64,000 nt of DNA, from positions 19,467-83,466 of the forward strand of contig JAFUOX010000061.1 in assembly GCA_017481725.1 (NCBI GenBank), in the 5' to 3' direction. The stretch is from Kiritimatiellia bacterium. GTDB taxonomy: Bacteria; Verrucomicrobiota; Kiritimatiellia; RFP12; UBA3636. Positions 1 through 10,619 of the stretch are shown piece after piece. Both the position numbers and the translations under genes were made by a program. Positions within the stretch are counted from its first letter, which is position 1. Every line of letters starts with the position of its first letter. The notes beneath the pieces are model-generated. The model ran no database searches. It was given only the letters and a program-made list of their open reading frames with translations, and had not been told where the DNA came from.

Positions 1-35
1 AACACAAAAATAACGAAAACGAAGGAACAGCAATT

Positions 36-551
36 ATGTGTGAAAAATGCATATGTTCGGCAGCAGCCGAAAAATTCGCTGAACTGGATGCGTTTATCGC
101 AGGCCTTAACCTTGATATGTCAAGCGAGCGTCGCCGCGGTAGCCTAATCCAAATTCTGCATAAGGCACAGCACATCTTTGGTTATCTACCAAGAGAAGTG
201 CAGAAGCATGTCGCACAGAAGCTAGCAATCCCTGAGGCAGCAGTCTCTGGTGTAGTAAGCTTCTATAACTACTTTACAACAAAGCCAAAAGGCAAGTATG
301 TTGTTGATGTTTGCTTAGGTACCGCTTGCTATGTTAAGGGTGCTGAGGGCGTACTACGCGAGATTGAGCGCGTTCTAGGTGTTCAGGCTGATACAGACCC
401 AACTCCAGATGGTCTATTCTCAGTTTCTGCTCTACGCTGCGTTGGTGCTTGCGGTCTTGCTCCAGTTATGATGGTTAATGGCAAGGTTTACGGTAAGGTA
501 ACTCCTGCTAAGGCAGTTGAAATTATTAAAGAATATCAGCAGAAGGGTTAA
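36..551 (+). CDS. NADH-dependent [FeFe] hydrogenase small subunit, NuoE-like 2Fe-2S (HydC/HndA-type)
   Basis: 171 aa; thioredoxin-like 2Fe-2S cysteine pattern (CLGTAC...C..AP); position immediately upstream of NuoF-like and HydA genes. Confidence 0.7.
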   Translation: MCEKCICSAAAEKFAELDAFIAGLNLDMSSERRRGSLIQILHKAQHIFGYLPREVQKHVAQKLAIPEAAVSGVVSFYNYFTTKPKGKYVVDVCLGTACYVKGAEGVLREIERVLGVQADTDPTPDGLFSVSALRCVGACGLAPVMMVNGKVYGKVTPAKAVEIIKEYQQKG

Positions 552-557
552 GCCACT

Positions 558-2486
558 ATGAGTAAGCTAACATCTAAAGAAGAATTTATGGCAAAGTTTG
601 ACTCTTGCAAGGGTCTTCTAGCTTTGCGCGTTGCAGGTGGTTCACTTGATTCTAAAAAGAAGGACATTCTATGCTGCGGTGGTACAGGCTGTCACGCATC
701 TTGTGCCCAGGAAATTATGGATAACCTACGTGCTGAAATTAAGGCAGCTGGTTTAGAGAATGATGTAAATGTTGTTCAGACTGGTTGCTTCGGTTTCTGT
801 GCTCAAGGTCCTATCGTAAAGGTAATGCCTGACAATATTTTCTATGTTCAGGTTAAGCCAGAGGATGCTGCAGAGATTGTTGCAAAGCACATCGTAAATC
901 ATGAGCCAGTTGAGCGCTTACTATTCGTTGAGCCAATGCTTAAGCAGGCAATTCATGATTATGCACAGATGAGCTTCTATGCAAAGCAGAGCCGTATTGC
1001 TCTACGTAACTGCGGTCTTATCGATCCAGAGAAGATTGAGGATTATATTGCTAACGATGGTTATCTAGGTCTTACAAAGTGCTTGTTTGAAATGACTCCA
1101 GATCAGGTTGTTCAAACAGTGCTAAACTCAGGTATCTGTGGTCGTGGTGGTGCAGGCTTCCCAACAGGTCTAAAATGGAAGATTGCTGCTGGCGTTAAGG
1201 CAGAGGAGAAGTACATTGTATGTAATGCTGACGAAGGTGACCCAGGTGCATTTATGGACCGCTCCATCATGGAAGGTGACCCAAATAGCGTTATTGAAGC
1301 AATGGCTATAGGTGCATATGCAATTGGTGCACAGCGTGGTCTTGTTTACATTCGTGCAGAGTATCCTCTAGCAGTTAACCGTTTGCAGAAGGCTATCGAC
1401 CAGGCACGTGAGGCAGGTCTTCTAGGTCAGAACATCCTAGGCACAGACTTCTCATTTGATATTGAGATTAAGCTTGGTGCTGGTGCATTCGTTTGCGGTG
1501 AGGAAACAGCACTTATCCACTCAATGGAAGGTCAGCGCGGTGAGCCAACAACAAAGCCACCATTCCCAGCAAATATCGGCGGTGGTTATTGGGGTTGCTC
1601 AACAAACGTTAACAACGTTGAGACATATGCTTCAATTCCTCAGATTATCGTTAAGGGTGCTGATTGGTATGCAGGTATCGGTAACTGGAAGCGTGAGCTA
1701 GATGAGAATGGTAACTTCGTAAAGACAATCTCTGGTAATGCAGGTACTAAGGTATTCGCACTTGCTGGTCAGATTAACAATGTTGGTCTAGTAGAAGTTC
1801 CAATGGGCACAACACTTCGCGAAATTATTTATGAAATTGGTGGCGGTATCTCAGATGGTCGTGAGTTCAAGGCTGTGCAGACTGGTGGTCCATCAGGTGG
1901 CTGTATCACAGCAGAGAACCTAGATACACCAATTGACTATATGAACCTTGGTAAGATTGGTTCTATGATGGGCTCTGGTGGTATGATTGTTCTTTCTGAC
2001 AAGGACTGCATGCCAGCTATGGCTAAATTCTATCTTGAGTTCACAAAGGATGAGTCCTGCGGTAAGTGCACACCATGCCGTATTGGTACACGCCGTATGC
2101 TTGAGATGCTAGAGAAGATTTGCGATGGCAATGGTACAGAGGAAATGCTTGTTGAGCTAGAAGAGCTTGCTAATACAATTAAGGATACAGCTCTTTGTGG
2201 TCTTGGCCAGACAGCTCCTAACCCAATCCTAAGCACACTTCGTTACTTCCGTGATGAGTATGTAGCTCATGTACGTGACAAGAAGTGCCCAGCTGGTACT
2301 TGCTCTAAGCTATATACACTTACTATTACAGATGCATGTAAGGGCTGCACAAAGTGTGCTCGTATGTGCCCAGTAGGTGCTATTACAGGTACAATCAAGG
2401 AGAAGCATGTAATTGATCCTGCAAAGTGCATTAAGTGCGGTGCATGTATCTCTAGCTGCCCATTCAAGGCAATTGTAAAGGAATAA
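558..2486 (+). CDS. NADH-dependent hydrogenase flavoprotein subunit, NuoF-like (HydB/HndC-type) with C-terminal ferredoxin clusters
   Basis: 642 aa; GRGGAGFPTG NADH/FMN motif, C-terminal CxxCxxCxxxCP motifs; RBS before ATG. Confidence 0.85.
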   Translation: MSKLTSKEEFMAKFDSCKGLLALRVAGGSLDSKKKDILCCGGTGCHASCAQEIMDNLRAEIKAAGLENDVNVVQTGCFGFCAQGPIVKVMPDNIFYVQVKPEDAAEIVAKHIVNHEPVERLLFVEPMLKQAIHDYAQMSFYAKQSRIALRNCGLIDPEKIEDYIANDGYLGLTKCLFEMTPDQVVQTVLNSGICGRGGAGFPTGLKWKIAAGVKAEEKYIVCNADEGDPGAFMDRSIMEGDPNSVIEAMAIGAYAIGAQRGLVYIRAEYPLAVNRLQKAIDQAREAGLLGQNILGTDFSFDIEIKLGAGAFVCGEETALIHSMEGQRGEPTTKPPFPANIGGGYWGCSTNVNNVETYASIPQIIVKGADWYAGIGNWKRELDENGNFVKTISGNAGTKVFALAGQINNVGLVEVPMGTTLREIIYEIGGGISDGREFKAVQTGGPSGGCITAENLDTPIDYMNLGKIGSMMGSGGMIVLSDKDCMPAMAKFYLEFTKDESCGKCTPCRIGTRRMLEMLEKICDGNGTEEMLVELEELANTIKDTALCGLGQTAPNPILSTLRYFRDEYVAHVRDKKCPAGTCSKLYTLTITDACKGCTKCARMCPVGAITGTIKEKHVIDPAKCIKCGACISSCPFKAIVKE

Positions 2487-2498
2487 GGAGTTTTTATC

Positions 2499-4265
2499 AT
2501 GGCTAATGTCACTGTAACAATCAACGGACTAAAGGTTTCCGTTCCAGCAGGCTCTACAATTCTTGAGGCTGCTAATAAAGTAAATATCCACATTCCAACC
2601 TTGTGCTATTGCCCAGATGTTGGTGGTGGTGTAGCAAATAAACCAGCTTCTTGCCGTCTATGCCTTGTTGAGGCAACAGGTATCCGTGGCCCACGTGCTA
2701 TCCTAGTACCTGCTTGTGCAACTCCAATTGAGCGTGATGGTATTGAGGTATTTACAAACTCTCTACGTGCTATGAAGTCTCGCCGCACAGTTCTAGAGCT
2801 ATTGCTTTCAGATCACTCTGGCAATTGCTTGACTTGTGCAAAGAATGGCGAGTGTGAGCTTCAGAAGCTTGCTCAGGAGTTCGGTATTCGTGAGGTTTCA
2901 TACCAGGGCGTTCAGAACGAATTTCCAATCGATACTTCTACAGCAATTATGCGCGATCTAAATAAGTGCGTAATGTGTCGTCGTTGCGAAACAGTATGTA
3001 ACAAGGTTCAGACAGTTGGTGCTCTAACTGGTAATGGCCGTGGCTTTGCTGCTAAGGTTGGTACTGCTAGCATGATTCCTCTAGCTGATACTTCTTGCAC
3101 ATTCTGTGGTCAGTGCGTAAATGTTTGCCCAGTTGGTGCTATTACAGGCGTATCCTATGTTAAGAAGGTATGGTCTGCAATCTGCGATCCTACAAAGACA
3201 GTTATTGTTCAGACAGCTCCTGCTGTTCGCGTAGCAGTTGGTCAGGAGTTTGGCTTCAAGGCTGGCGAGCCAGTAACAGGCAAGCTAGTAGCTGGTTTGA
3301 AGGCACTCGGCTTTGATAAGGTATTCGATACAGACTTCTCTGCTGACTTGACAATTATGGAAGAGGGTACAGAGCTAGTAAATCGTGTTAAGGAAGGTAA
3401 GAATCTACCAATCCTAACATCCTGCTGCCCAGGCTGGATTAACTTCCTAGAGCATCACTATCCAGATCTACTAGATATCCCATCTTCATGTAAGTCACCA
3501 CAGCAGATGTTTGGTGCAGTTGCTAAGACATACTATGCTGAGAAGATTGGTGTTGATCCAAAGAACTTGGTTGTTGTATCAATTATGCCTTGCCAGGCTA
3601 AGAAGTACGAGGCAGGTCGCGCTGAGTTCGAGCATGATGGTGTTAAGGATGTTGACTATGTTGTTACAACTCGCGAGCTAGTACGTATGTTCCGTGAGGG
3701 TGGTATCAACCTAGCAAACCTAGAGGATGCTGAGTATGACAATCCACTAGGTGAGTCAACTGGTGCCGCTGTTATCTTCGGTGTAACAGGTGGTGTGCTT
3801 GAAGCAGCACTTCGCTCTGTATACTGGATGCTAAATGGCAAGAACCTAGAGGGTGATGCAATCAACTTCCGCGCAGTACGTGGTCTTGATGGCGTTAAGG
3901 AAGCAAAGGTTGATGTTGCTCCTGGCGTATCAGTAAACGTAGCAGTATGCTCAGGTTTGGGTAACGCACGTAAGGTGCTTGATATGGTTCGCGCAGATCG
4001 CAATCGCTTCCAGGCAATTGAGATTATGGCTTGCCCAGGCGGCTGTATCAATGGTGGTGGTCAGCCATACATCAATGGTGACCGTAAGGCAGCTCTTGCA
4101 GCTCGCATGGAAGGCATTTATGCTGAGGATGCTGGCAAGGAGAAGCGCCTATCACATGAGAATAGTGATATTAAGAAGCTCTACGAGGAATTCCTTGGTG
4201 AGCCAGGCGGTGAGAAGGCTCATCACCTACTACACACTCACTACTGCTCAAACGCACGTGACTAA
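2499..4265 (+). CDS. hydA: [FeFe] hydrogenase catalytic subunit
   Basis: 588 aa; H-cluster motifs TSCCPGW, MPCQAKKYE, EIMACPGGCINGGGQP; N-terminal 2Fe-2S/4Fe-4S ferredoxin domains; AAGGAG RBS. Confidence 0.9.
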   Translation: MANVTVTINGLKVSVPAGSTILEAANKVNIHIPTLCYCPDVGGGVANKPASCRLCLVEATGIRGPRAILVPACATPIERDGIEVFTNSLRAMKSRRTVLELLLSDHSGNCLTCAKNGECELQKLAQEFGIREVSYQGVQNEFPIDTSTAIMRDLNKCVMCRRCETVCNKVQTVGALTGNGRGFAAKVGTASMIPLADTSCTFCGQCVNVCPVGAITGVSYVKKVWSAICDPTKTVIVQTAPAVRVAVGQEFGFKAGEPVTGKLVAGLKALGFDKVFDTDFSADLTIMEEGTELVNRVKEGKNLPILTSCCPGWINFLEHHYPDLLDIPSSCKSPQQMFGAVAKTYYAEKIGVDPKNLVVVSIMPCQAKKYEAGRAEFEHDGVKDVDYVVTTRELVRMFREGGINLANLEDAEYDNPLGESTGAAVIFGVTGGVLEAALRSVYWMLNGKNLEGDAINFRAVRGLDGVKEAKVDVAPGVSVNVAVCSGLGNARKVLDMVRADRNRFQAIEIMACPGGCINGGGQPYINGDRKAALAARMEGIYAEDAGKEKRLSHENSDIKKLYEEFLGEPGGEKAHHLLHTHYCSNARD

Positions 4266-4273
4266 TAAACAAA

Positions 4274-4320
4274 AAGGCTGTTGCAAAACCCTAAAGGCGA
4301 GCAACAGCCTTTTTTTATTT
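4274..4320 (+). terminator. Rho-independent terminator after hydA
   Basis: hairpin aaggctgttgc...gcaacagcctt followed by TTTTTTTATTT. Confidence 0.6.
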
Positions 4321-4516
4321 GGTTGCATGGTATAGTGTGATTGTCCTTGGTTGGGGAGTGTTGGAAGCATAGGAATGCTGGGGACAAATTTGATTAGAGA
4401 ATTGATGCAATAGCATTCATTTTTCTATCCGTATACACGAATTTACCTGAGCTAACCTATTTCCCATAATTGGAGTGCAATTCGGTTCGTGATTATTGAA
4501 TTTAGTATTAAGGTTT

Positions 4517-6517
4517 TTATTGATTGCTATCTTGGTCAATAAATATTATTTCAGGATTGTTATTAAAGAAAAATTTTTTAATATTACCTTCAAACCTTCT
4601 GGGGATTGATATTTTCTTTAAATTATTGCAGTTTAAAAAAGCCCAATCAGCAATTTCTGTTACACTGTTTGGAATTTCGATTTCCGTTAAATTATTACAG
4701 TAATCAAATGTGCAATATTCAATTTTAGTTACACTATCAGGAATCTTGATGCTTTTTAGGCTTTTGCAGCAATAAAAAGCGCTACTACCAATAGAAGTTA
4801 CGCTATTAGGAATTTCAATGGCAGTTAAATTATCACAGCCAGCAAATGCGCTACTACCAATAGAAATTACGCTATTAGGAATTTTAATGGCAGTTAAATT
4901 ATCACAGCCAGCAAATGCACTATACCCAATAGAAGTTATACTATTAGGAATTTCAATGCTTTTCAGGTTGGTACAATTTTCAAAAGTACTTTTATCGATA
5001 GAAGTTAATCCATTAGGAAGCTTAATGCTTTCTAGGCTTGTGCAGTACGAAAATGCACTATCTTTTATATTTTTTACCTCACCTGTAAATTCAATAAATT
5101 TAAGATTTTCACAATTGCTGAATGCATAGCGATCAATGTATGTTATGTTTTCAGGAATTTTTATACTAGTTAAGCCATTACATCCAGAAAAAACAGAATT
5201 TCGAATAAGGCTTAGTTTATTAGAAAATTTTATGTCTTTTAAACTTTCGCAATGGAAAAATGCATATTGTCCTATGCTTATTATACTATCTGGCATCCCG
5301 ATGCTAATAATGCTCTTGCATCCAGAAAAAGCATAATCCTCTATGTCGGTAACACTGTTCGGTATTGCAATATTGGTTAGGTTGGTACAACAACTAAAGG
5401 CGGCTTCACCTATAATTTTTACTTTGTCGGGAATAGTAAATGTTTTTTTATCTGGAGCACACCAAAATATTTTTGTTTGATCTTTATTATACAAGGCTCC
5501 GTCACTAATAAGGTACTCCGTGTTGCCATCCTGAAGATTTATTTCCGTTAGTTTGTGGCAATTTTTAAAAGCGCCAAGACCAATATATGTTATGCTATTA
5601 GGAATATTGATATATGTTAAATTAGAACAACTCTCAAATGCTCTAGGTCCAATATGTATGAGACTGTTAGGAATATCTATTTTAGTTAAACTGCTACAGT
5701 TGTTAAATGCTTTTATACCAATATGTGTTAAGCTGTCAGGAAGCTTAATATCTATTAGGTTTCTACAAAATGAGAATGTGCTAGTGTTAATATGTGTGAT
5801 ACTATTGGGAAGAGTTATGCTGGTCAGATTGTCGCAACTTGCAAATGCACGTTTTTCTATATTAGTTACGCCATTAGGTATTTCAAGCTTCATTATGCTA
5901 TAACATTGAAAAAATGCAGCTTCTCCAATGTTTGCTAGTGTTTTAGGAAGAAGTATTTTTGATACATTATTGCATCCCCAAAATGTTTCCTTCCCTATAT
6001 GGGTTATTCCCTCGGGGATAGTGACTCTTTTTAATTCATGGCAATTATAAAATGTTTTATCTCCAATACGAGTGATTCCATTAGGTAAGTCAACTCTGAT
6101 TAAAATTCTGCAGTCATAAAATACACTTTCCCCCATATAAGTTACGCTGTCAGGTATTTCGATTGTTCTCAAGAGATGGCAGTATGAAAAAGCTTCATCC
6201 CCAATGTGAATTACGCCCTCAGGAATTTGGATGTGTGTTAGTTCTTTTTGCCAAGAGAAAGCTCTATCTTGTATTTTTACAACTTGTTTTCCTCCCAAAG
6301 TATTTGGGATAACAACTTTTCCAGCAAATTGTTCACCTCTAACAATTACGGCATTGTTATTAGAGTCAACTATGTAACTCCAAATATTACCATCTACCTC
6401 CTCCTTGCAAATGATTTTTGATGCATCTGTCTGCTCATTATTTTCTATAGAAGTTTCAATATTGCCGTATACATTAAAAATACAGCTAAAAATAAAAATA
6501 GATAGGATTTTTTTCAT
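4517..6517 (-). CDS. BspA-type leucine-rich-repeat surface protein (signal peptide MKKILSIFIFSCIFNVYG)
   Basis: about 22-aa repeats of the form IxIPxSVTxIGxxAFxxCxxL throughout. The ORF track starts at 6541, but MKKIL at 6517 is the more likely start (signal peptide). Confidence 0.8.
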   Translation of the reverse strand: MKKILSIFIFSCIFNVYGNIETSIENNEQTDASKIICKEEVDGNIWSYIVDSNNNAVIVRGEQFAGKVVIPNTLGGKQVVKIQDRAFSWQKELTHIQIPEGVIHIGDEAFSYCHLLRTIEIPDSVTYMGESVFYDCRILIRVDLPNGITRIGDKTFYNCHELKRVTIPEGITHIGKETFWGCNNVSKILLPKTLANIGEAAFFQCYSIMKLEIPNGVTNIEKRAFASCDNLTSITLPNSITHINTSTFSFCRNLIDIKLPDSLTHIGIKAFNNCSSLTKIDIPNSLIHIGPRAFESCSNLTYINIPNSITYIGLGAFKNCHKLTEINLQDGNTEYLISDGALYNKDQTKIFWCAPDKKTFTIPDKVKIIGEAAFSCCTNLTNIAIPNSVTDIEDYAFSGCKSIISIGMPDSIISIGQYAFFHCESLKDIKFSNKLSLIRNSVFSGCNGLTSIKIPENITYIDRYAFSNCENLKFIEFTGEVKNIKDSAFSYCTSLESIKLPNGLTSIDKSTFENCTNLKSIEIPNSITSIGYSAFAGCDNLTAIKIPNSVISIGSSAFAGCDNLTAIEIPNSVTSIGSSAFYCCKSLKSIKIPDSVTKIEYCTFDYCNNLTEIEIPNSVTEIADWAFLNCNNLKKISIPRRFEGNIKKFFFNNNPEIIFIDQDSNQ

Positions 6518-6909
6518 ATACATATATGTCCTTTGTAACATTATTATGAAAGAATTATAACACTTCTATTCCACAATCGTCAATTAAGTGTTAAAAATGG
6601 CATTTATAAATAAAAAAATGTTGCAAATTTTGTAGTTAAAATAATATGAATTCTATTACTCTTGCCTAGGATTTGGTTATGATATATTTATTTAGAACAT
6701 CATGCTAAGTTTTAAATCGTTTAGTGGTTTTGCAAAAAATTTAGCAGATTTTGCAAAAAATGCATAGTTGGTTTTTTGAATAAGTCGCTTGAAACTAAAG
6801 AGTTCTATAAAAGAGTTTTTTTCTACAGAATGAGTTAAAATATAATTGTCCCCTTGTAGAATTCCTATATTTATGCTTTAATTGTTGTGTTTTAGGATCA
6901 CAATATATA

Positions 6910-6946
6910 ATCCCTAAAATATCCCTAAATATGACCTATCCCTAAA
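6910..6946. repeat. three direct copies of ATCCCTAAA (spacing 11 and 17 bp) in an AT-rich intergenic region
   Basis: seen at 6910, 6921 and 6938. Confidence 0.5.
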
Positions 6947-6962
6947 ACACTTCAATATGTGT

Positions 6963-7000
6963 GCCTCCTTTAGAGTCCTATCTAAAGGGGCTTTTTTTTG
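6963..7000 (+). terminator. orphan Rho-independent terminator-like hairpin plus T8
   Basis: gcctcctttaga/tctaaaggggc stem followed by TTTTTTTT; no + strand gene within 400 bp upstream. Confidence 0.45.
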
Positions 7001-7043
7001 TTGAATTGTTAACGCAAAAACACAACTTTTTGCGTTTCTTGCT

Positions 7044-7064
7044 GTTGATTGTTGATTGTTGATT
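7044..7064. repeat. tandem GTTGATT x3 upstream of the PRTase gene
   Basis: gttgattgttgattgttgatt. Confidence 0.5.
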
Positions 7065-7152
7065 GCTTTCATTTGGGGGTTATGATAGAATAGTCTTAAT
7101 TAAATAAGTTTACGCGAGGGCGTTGTGCTAATCCTTAACAATTTTTTTTACA

Positions 7153-7689
7153 ATGAGCAACAAAATCTATCTGCAGGCTAATCAACTATATAATGACAGC
7201 TTTGCGTTAGCAAGGCAAATTTATGACTCTGGCTTTGTGCCTGATGCTTTAATTGCATTGTGGCGTGGTGGATCTCCTGTTGGCATTGCTGTGCATGAAT
7301 TTTTCCTTTATAAAGGAATTAAATTCTATCATACAATTGTAAAGACAGTATCATATACTGGTATAAATGAAAGCAAAGAGCCGATTGTTGAAAATTTGGA
7401 CTATGTTCTAAACAACATTAGCAAAGGCTCAAAGGTTCTTGTGGTTGATGATATTTTTGATACTGGCTCAACAGCACGTGTGATGAAGGAAAAGCTTTCT
7501 CCAACAGGGTGTGAAGTGCGATTTGCAATGCCATATTATAAACCAGCAAGAAATAAAACAGATTTGGTGCCGGACTTTTTTGTTAAAAAGGTTGATGAGT
7601 GGTTGGTTTTTCCTCATGAGCTTTGTGGACTCACGGCAGAGGAAATTAAACAGAGAGATTTGTTTCTTGCAGAGCAGCTAGGTCTATAA
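7153..7689 (+). CDS. phosphoribosyltransferase family protein (purine PRTase-like)
   Basis: 178 aa; PRPP-binding motif VLVVDDIFDTGST. Confidence 0.65.
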   Translation: MSNKIYLQANQLYNDSFALARQIYDSGFVPDALIALWRGGSPVGIAVHEFFLYKGIKFYHTIVKTVSYTGINESKEPIVENLDYVLNNISKGSKVLVVDDIFDTGSTARVMKEKLSPTGCEVRFAMPYYKPARNKTDLVPDFFVKKVDEWLVFPHELCGLTAEEIKQRDLFLAEQLGL

Positions 7690-7698
7690 GGTAATCAC

Positions 7699-9018
7699 AT
7701 GGTAAAGAATATCTCTTCAAAATTTATAATCAACGGTGGTAATCCACTTCACGGTTCACACTTTTCTCCAGGTAATAAAAATGCAGCACTTCCTATGATT
7801 GCTGCAGCTTTGATGGCAGATGGAGTAGTGGAACTAACCAATTTGCCTATCATTCGTGATGTCCAAGTGATGCTTACACTTGCAGAAGAGCTAGGAGCAA
7901 AGGTAAACTTAGATTGTGTAGCACGCAAGGTTGTTATTGATCCGACAACTCTTAAAACAGATACTCTGCCACAAGAGTTGTGCAGTAAAATTCGTACATC
8001 AATTCTTTTTGCTGGTGCTCTTATTTCGCGAAGTGAGCGTGTGGTAATTTCTCCTCCTGGTGGTGATGTTATTGGTTTGCGCCGCCTCGATACGCATTTT
8101 GATGGCTTTAAGCGTTTGGGTATGGAAATACCGGAAAACATTCCGTTTGAGTTTCGCCGCAAGGGGCGCTTGCACGGAGCTAAGATTTTGCTTGATGAGG
8201 CTAGTGTTACAGCAACAGAAAATCTTGTAATGGCTGCGGTAAAGGCAGAGGGTCATACTGTTCTATTTAATACTGCCTGTGAGCCACACGTGGTAAATCT
8301 TTGCAATATGCTTAATGGTATGGGTGCTAGAATTACTGGCGTGGGAACAAATCGTCTTGAGATTGATGGTGTTGAAAGGTTGCATGGTGGAAGCTTTAGA
8401 ATTATGCCAGATTATATTGAGTCTGCAAGCTTCATCGCAGCTGCAGCAGCAACCCGTGGTAGCATTAAAATTGAAAACACAGAGGAGGAGGATTTCCTCG
8501 TGCTTCAACGTCCTTTTTCTCGACTTGGTGTCCAGTGGACTCGTGATGAAAATGGAGTTCTAACCTTTGACTCTTCTCAGTGTGAGCTACGCATTTCTAA
8601 CGATGTGTCTGGTGCAATAGCCAAGATTGATGATGGCATTTGGCCAGCAGTTCCTTCTGATTTGTTGAGTGTGCTAATTGTGCTTGCAACACAGGTGGAT
8701 GGCATTGTACTTTTCTTTGAAAAGATGTTTGAGAGTCGTCTATACTTTATTGATAATCTAATAGGAATGGGTGCTCACATTGTGCAATGTGATCCTCATC
8801 GTATTGTTGTACATGGCTCTGGAAAAAATAGCCTTAAGAGCACGCACATGCTTAGCCCAGATATTCGTGCTGGTATGGCACTTGTTCTAGCAGGCTTGTG
8901 TGCAAAAGGAACAACCTACATAGGAAATGCAGAGAGTATTGACCGTGGGTATGAATCGCTTGAAAAATCATTGAGCGATTTGGGTGCAGATATTAAGCGA
9001 GAGATAATTTCAGAATAA
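7699..9018 (+). CDS. murA: UDP-N-acetylglucosamine 1-carboxyvinyltransferase
   Basis: 439 aa; typical MurA N-terminus (FIINGGNPLHGS..) and overall length. Confidence 0.85.
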   Translation: MVKNISSKFIINGGNPLHGSHFSPGNKNAALPMIAAALMADGVVELTNLPIIRDVQVMLTLAEELGAKVNLDCVARKVVIDPTTLKTDTLPQELCSKIRTSILFAGALISRSERVVISPPGGDVIGLRRLDTHFDGFKRLGMEIPENIPFEFRRKGRLHGAKILLDEASVTATENLVMAAVKAEGHTVLFNTACEPHVVNLCNMLNGMGARITGVGTNRLEIDGVERLHGGSFRIMPDYIESASFIAAAAATRGSIKIENTEEEDFLVLQRPFSRLGVQWTRDENGVLTFDSSQCELRISNDVSGAIAKIDDGIWPAVPSDLLSVLIVLATQVDGIVLFFEKMFESRLYFIDNLIGMGAHIVQCDPHRIVVHGSGKNSLKSTHMLSPDIRAGMALVLAGLCAKGTTYIGNAESIDRGYESLEKSLSDLGADIKREIISE

Positions 9019-9064
9019 TTTAAATGTCGTAGAATGGTGCTTCAGCACCTATAGGGAGAATAAA

Positions 9065-9952
9065 ATGAACGTTCGTAAGGCAGTAATTCCAGCAGCAGGC
9101 TATGGCACACGCTTTTTGCCTGCAACAAAGTCACAACCAAAGGAAATGCTAACAGTAGTTGATATTCCTGTTATTCAATATGTAGTTGAGGAGGCAGTTG
9201 CTTCTGGCATAACAGATATTTTGATGATTGTTAGCCGAGGGAAGCGTGCTGTTGAGGATCATTTTGATCGTTGCTTAGAGCTTGAAGATGAGCTTGAAGA
9301 GAAGAATAAGCTTGCAGAGCTAGAGATTGTTCGCCGTGTATCAAATTTGGCAAACATTCATTTTATTCGTCAGAAGGAAATGCGTGGCTTAGGTGATGCA
9401 ATTTCTTTGGCACGTCATCATATCGGCAATGAGCCTTTTGCTGTGTTGCTCGGTGATACATTATTGCGTTCAGGTAATGATACTCCTGTAACAAAGCAGC
9501 TGCTTGATGTATACGACCGCTATCATGAGACAGTTGTTGCTCTTGAGGAGGTGCCAATGGAGCGTGTTAGCCGCTATGGTGTTATTAATGGCACACCAGT
9601 TACAGATGATGTAATGCTTATTCGTGATTTGGTTGAGAAACCAAAACCAGAGGAGGCTCCATCAAATCTTGTGATTGCTTCACGCTATATTTTAACTCCT
9701 GAGGTGTTCTCTCATCTTGATAATGTTAAGCCAGGAAAGAATGGTGAAATTCAAATTACAGATGCGCTACGTGCTCAAGCAGCACAACGTGCAATGTATG
9801 GCTTAAAGTTCTGCGGAAAACGTTTTGATGCAGGTAATAAAATTGATTTCTTAAAGACAAATATTACTTATGCTTTGGAGCGTGAGGATTTGCGTGAACC
9901 TCTAGCAAAGTTTATTATTGAAACAGCTGAGCAGCTAAAGAAAAAATTATAA
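9065..9952 (+). CDS. galU: UTP--glucose-1-phosphate uridylyltransferase
   Basis: 295 aa; KAVIPAAGYGTRFLPATK nucleotidyltransferase motif; AGGGAG RBS. Confidence 0.85.
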   Translation: MNVRKAVIPAAGYGTRFLPATKSQPKEMLTVVDIPVIQYVVEEAVASGITDILMIVSRGKRAVEDHFDRCLELEDELEEKNKLAELEIVRRVSNLANIHFIRQKEMRGLGDAISLARHHIGNEPFAVLLGDTLLRSGNDTPVTKQLLDVYDRYHETVVALEEVPMERVSRYGVINGTPVTDDVMLIRDLVEKPKPEEAPSNLVIASRYILTPEVFSHLDNVKPGKNGEIQITDALRAQAAQRAMYGLKFCGKRFDAGNKIDFLKTNITYALEREDLREPLAKFIIETAEQLKKKL

Positions 9953-10006
9953 AACAAAAATTGACGATAATAGTCAGTCACAAAAGTTTGTGATGAGGAG
10001 CTAGTA

Positions 10007-10606
10007 ATGAAGCTGGGGATATTTGGTGGAAGCTTTGATCCCGTTCACAATGGACACCTTGAGCTAGCCCGTATTGCAAAGGAGCAATTCGGGCTGTCAA
10101 AGGTGTTTTTTGTGCCGACCTGTGTTTCTCCGTTAAAGCCTAATGGTGCCGTTGCTTCTAATGAGGCACGGCTTACTATGCTCCAGCTTGCTATAGAGGC
10201 ATTCGCTGACTTTGGTATTTGCACCTATGATATGGATAGAGGGGGTCGCTCATACACCATTGAGCTAATGCGTCATCTTAAGCAGGAATATCCAGAGGCT
10301 GAGCTGTTCTTTATAATCGGAGGAGACTCTCTTTCAACCTTGCATCGGTGGTTTTGCTGTCATGAGCTAGTAAAAGAGATTTCTTTTATAATTTTTTCTA
10401 GGGCAGGAGAGACTCTTTTATTTAATGAAGCATTTTCTTCAGAAGAAAAAGAAAAACTTCAGCGTTTTGTGGTGTCTAATTTTAATATGCCAGTTTCTTC
10501 AACAGAATTAAGGCAAGCTTTAGCTCAGGGTATTATGCCTCAAGGTGACTTTATACCGCAGTCTGTGGCAGAGTATGCAATAGCAAATAAAATTTATAAA
10601 AATTAG
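10007..10606 (+). CDS. nadD: nicotinate-nucleotide adenylyltransferase
   Basis: 199 aa; GIFGGSFDPVHNGH motif. Confidence 0.85.
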   Translation: MKLGIFGGSFDPVHNGHLELARIAKEQFGLSKVFFVPTCVSPLKPNGAVASNEARLTMLQLAIEAFADFGICTYDMDRGGRSYTIELMRHLKQEYPEAELFFIIGGDSLSTLHRWFCCHELVKEISFIIFSRAGETLLFNEAFSSEEKEKLQRFVVSNFNMPVSSTELRQALAQGIMPQGDFIPQSVAEYAIANKIYKN

Positions 10607-10619
10607 TAGGGAGTAGGGT

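Noticed and set aside
1456-4335. Internal and antisense ORFs within hydB/hydA (1456..1701, 2030..2236, 2267..2593, 2606..2788, 3656..4051, 3979..4335)
   Set aside because: They are fully nested in or antisense to strongly supported hydrogenase genes, and their translations are low-complexity. They are artefacts of the six-frame listing.
4818-5903. Plus-strand ORFs 4818..5129, 5136..5336, 5553..5903 opposite the LRR gene
   Set aside because: They lie antisense to the repetitive LRR coding sequence. The periodic Leu/Ile-rich translations simply mirror the LRR nucleotide repeats.
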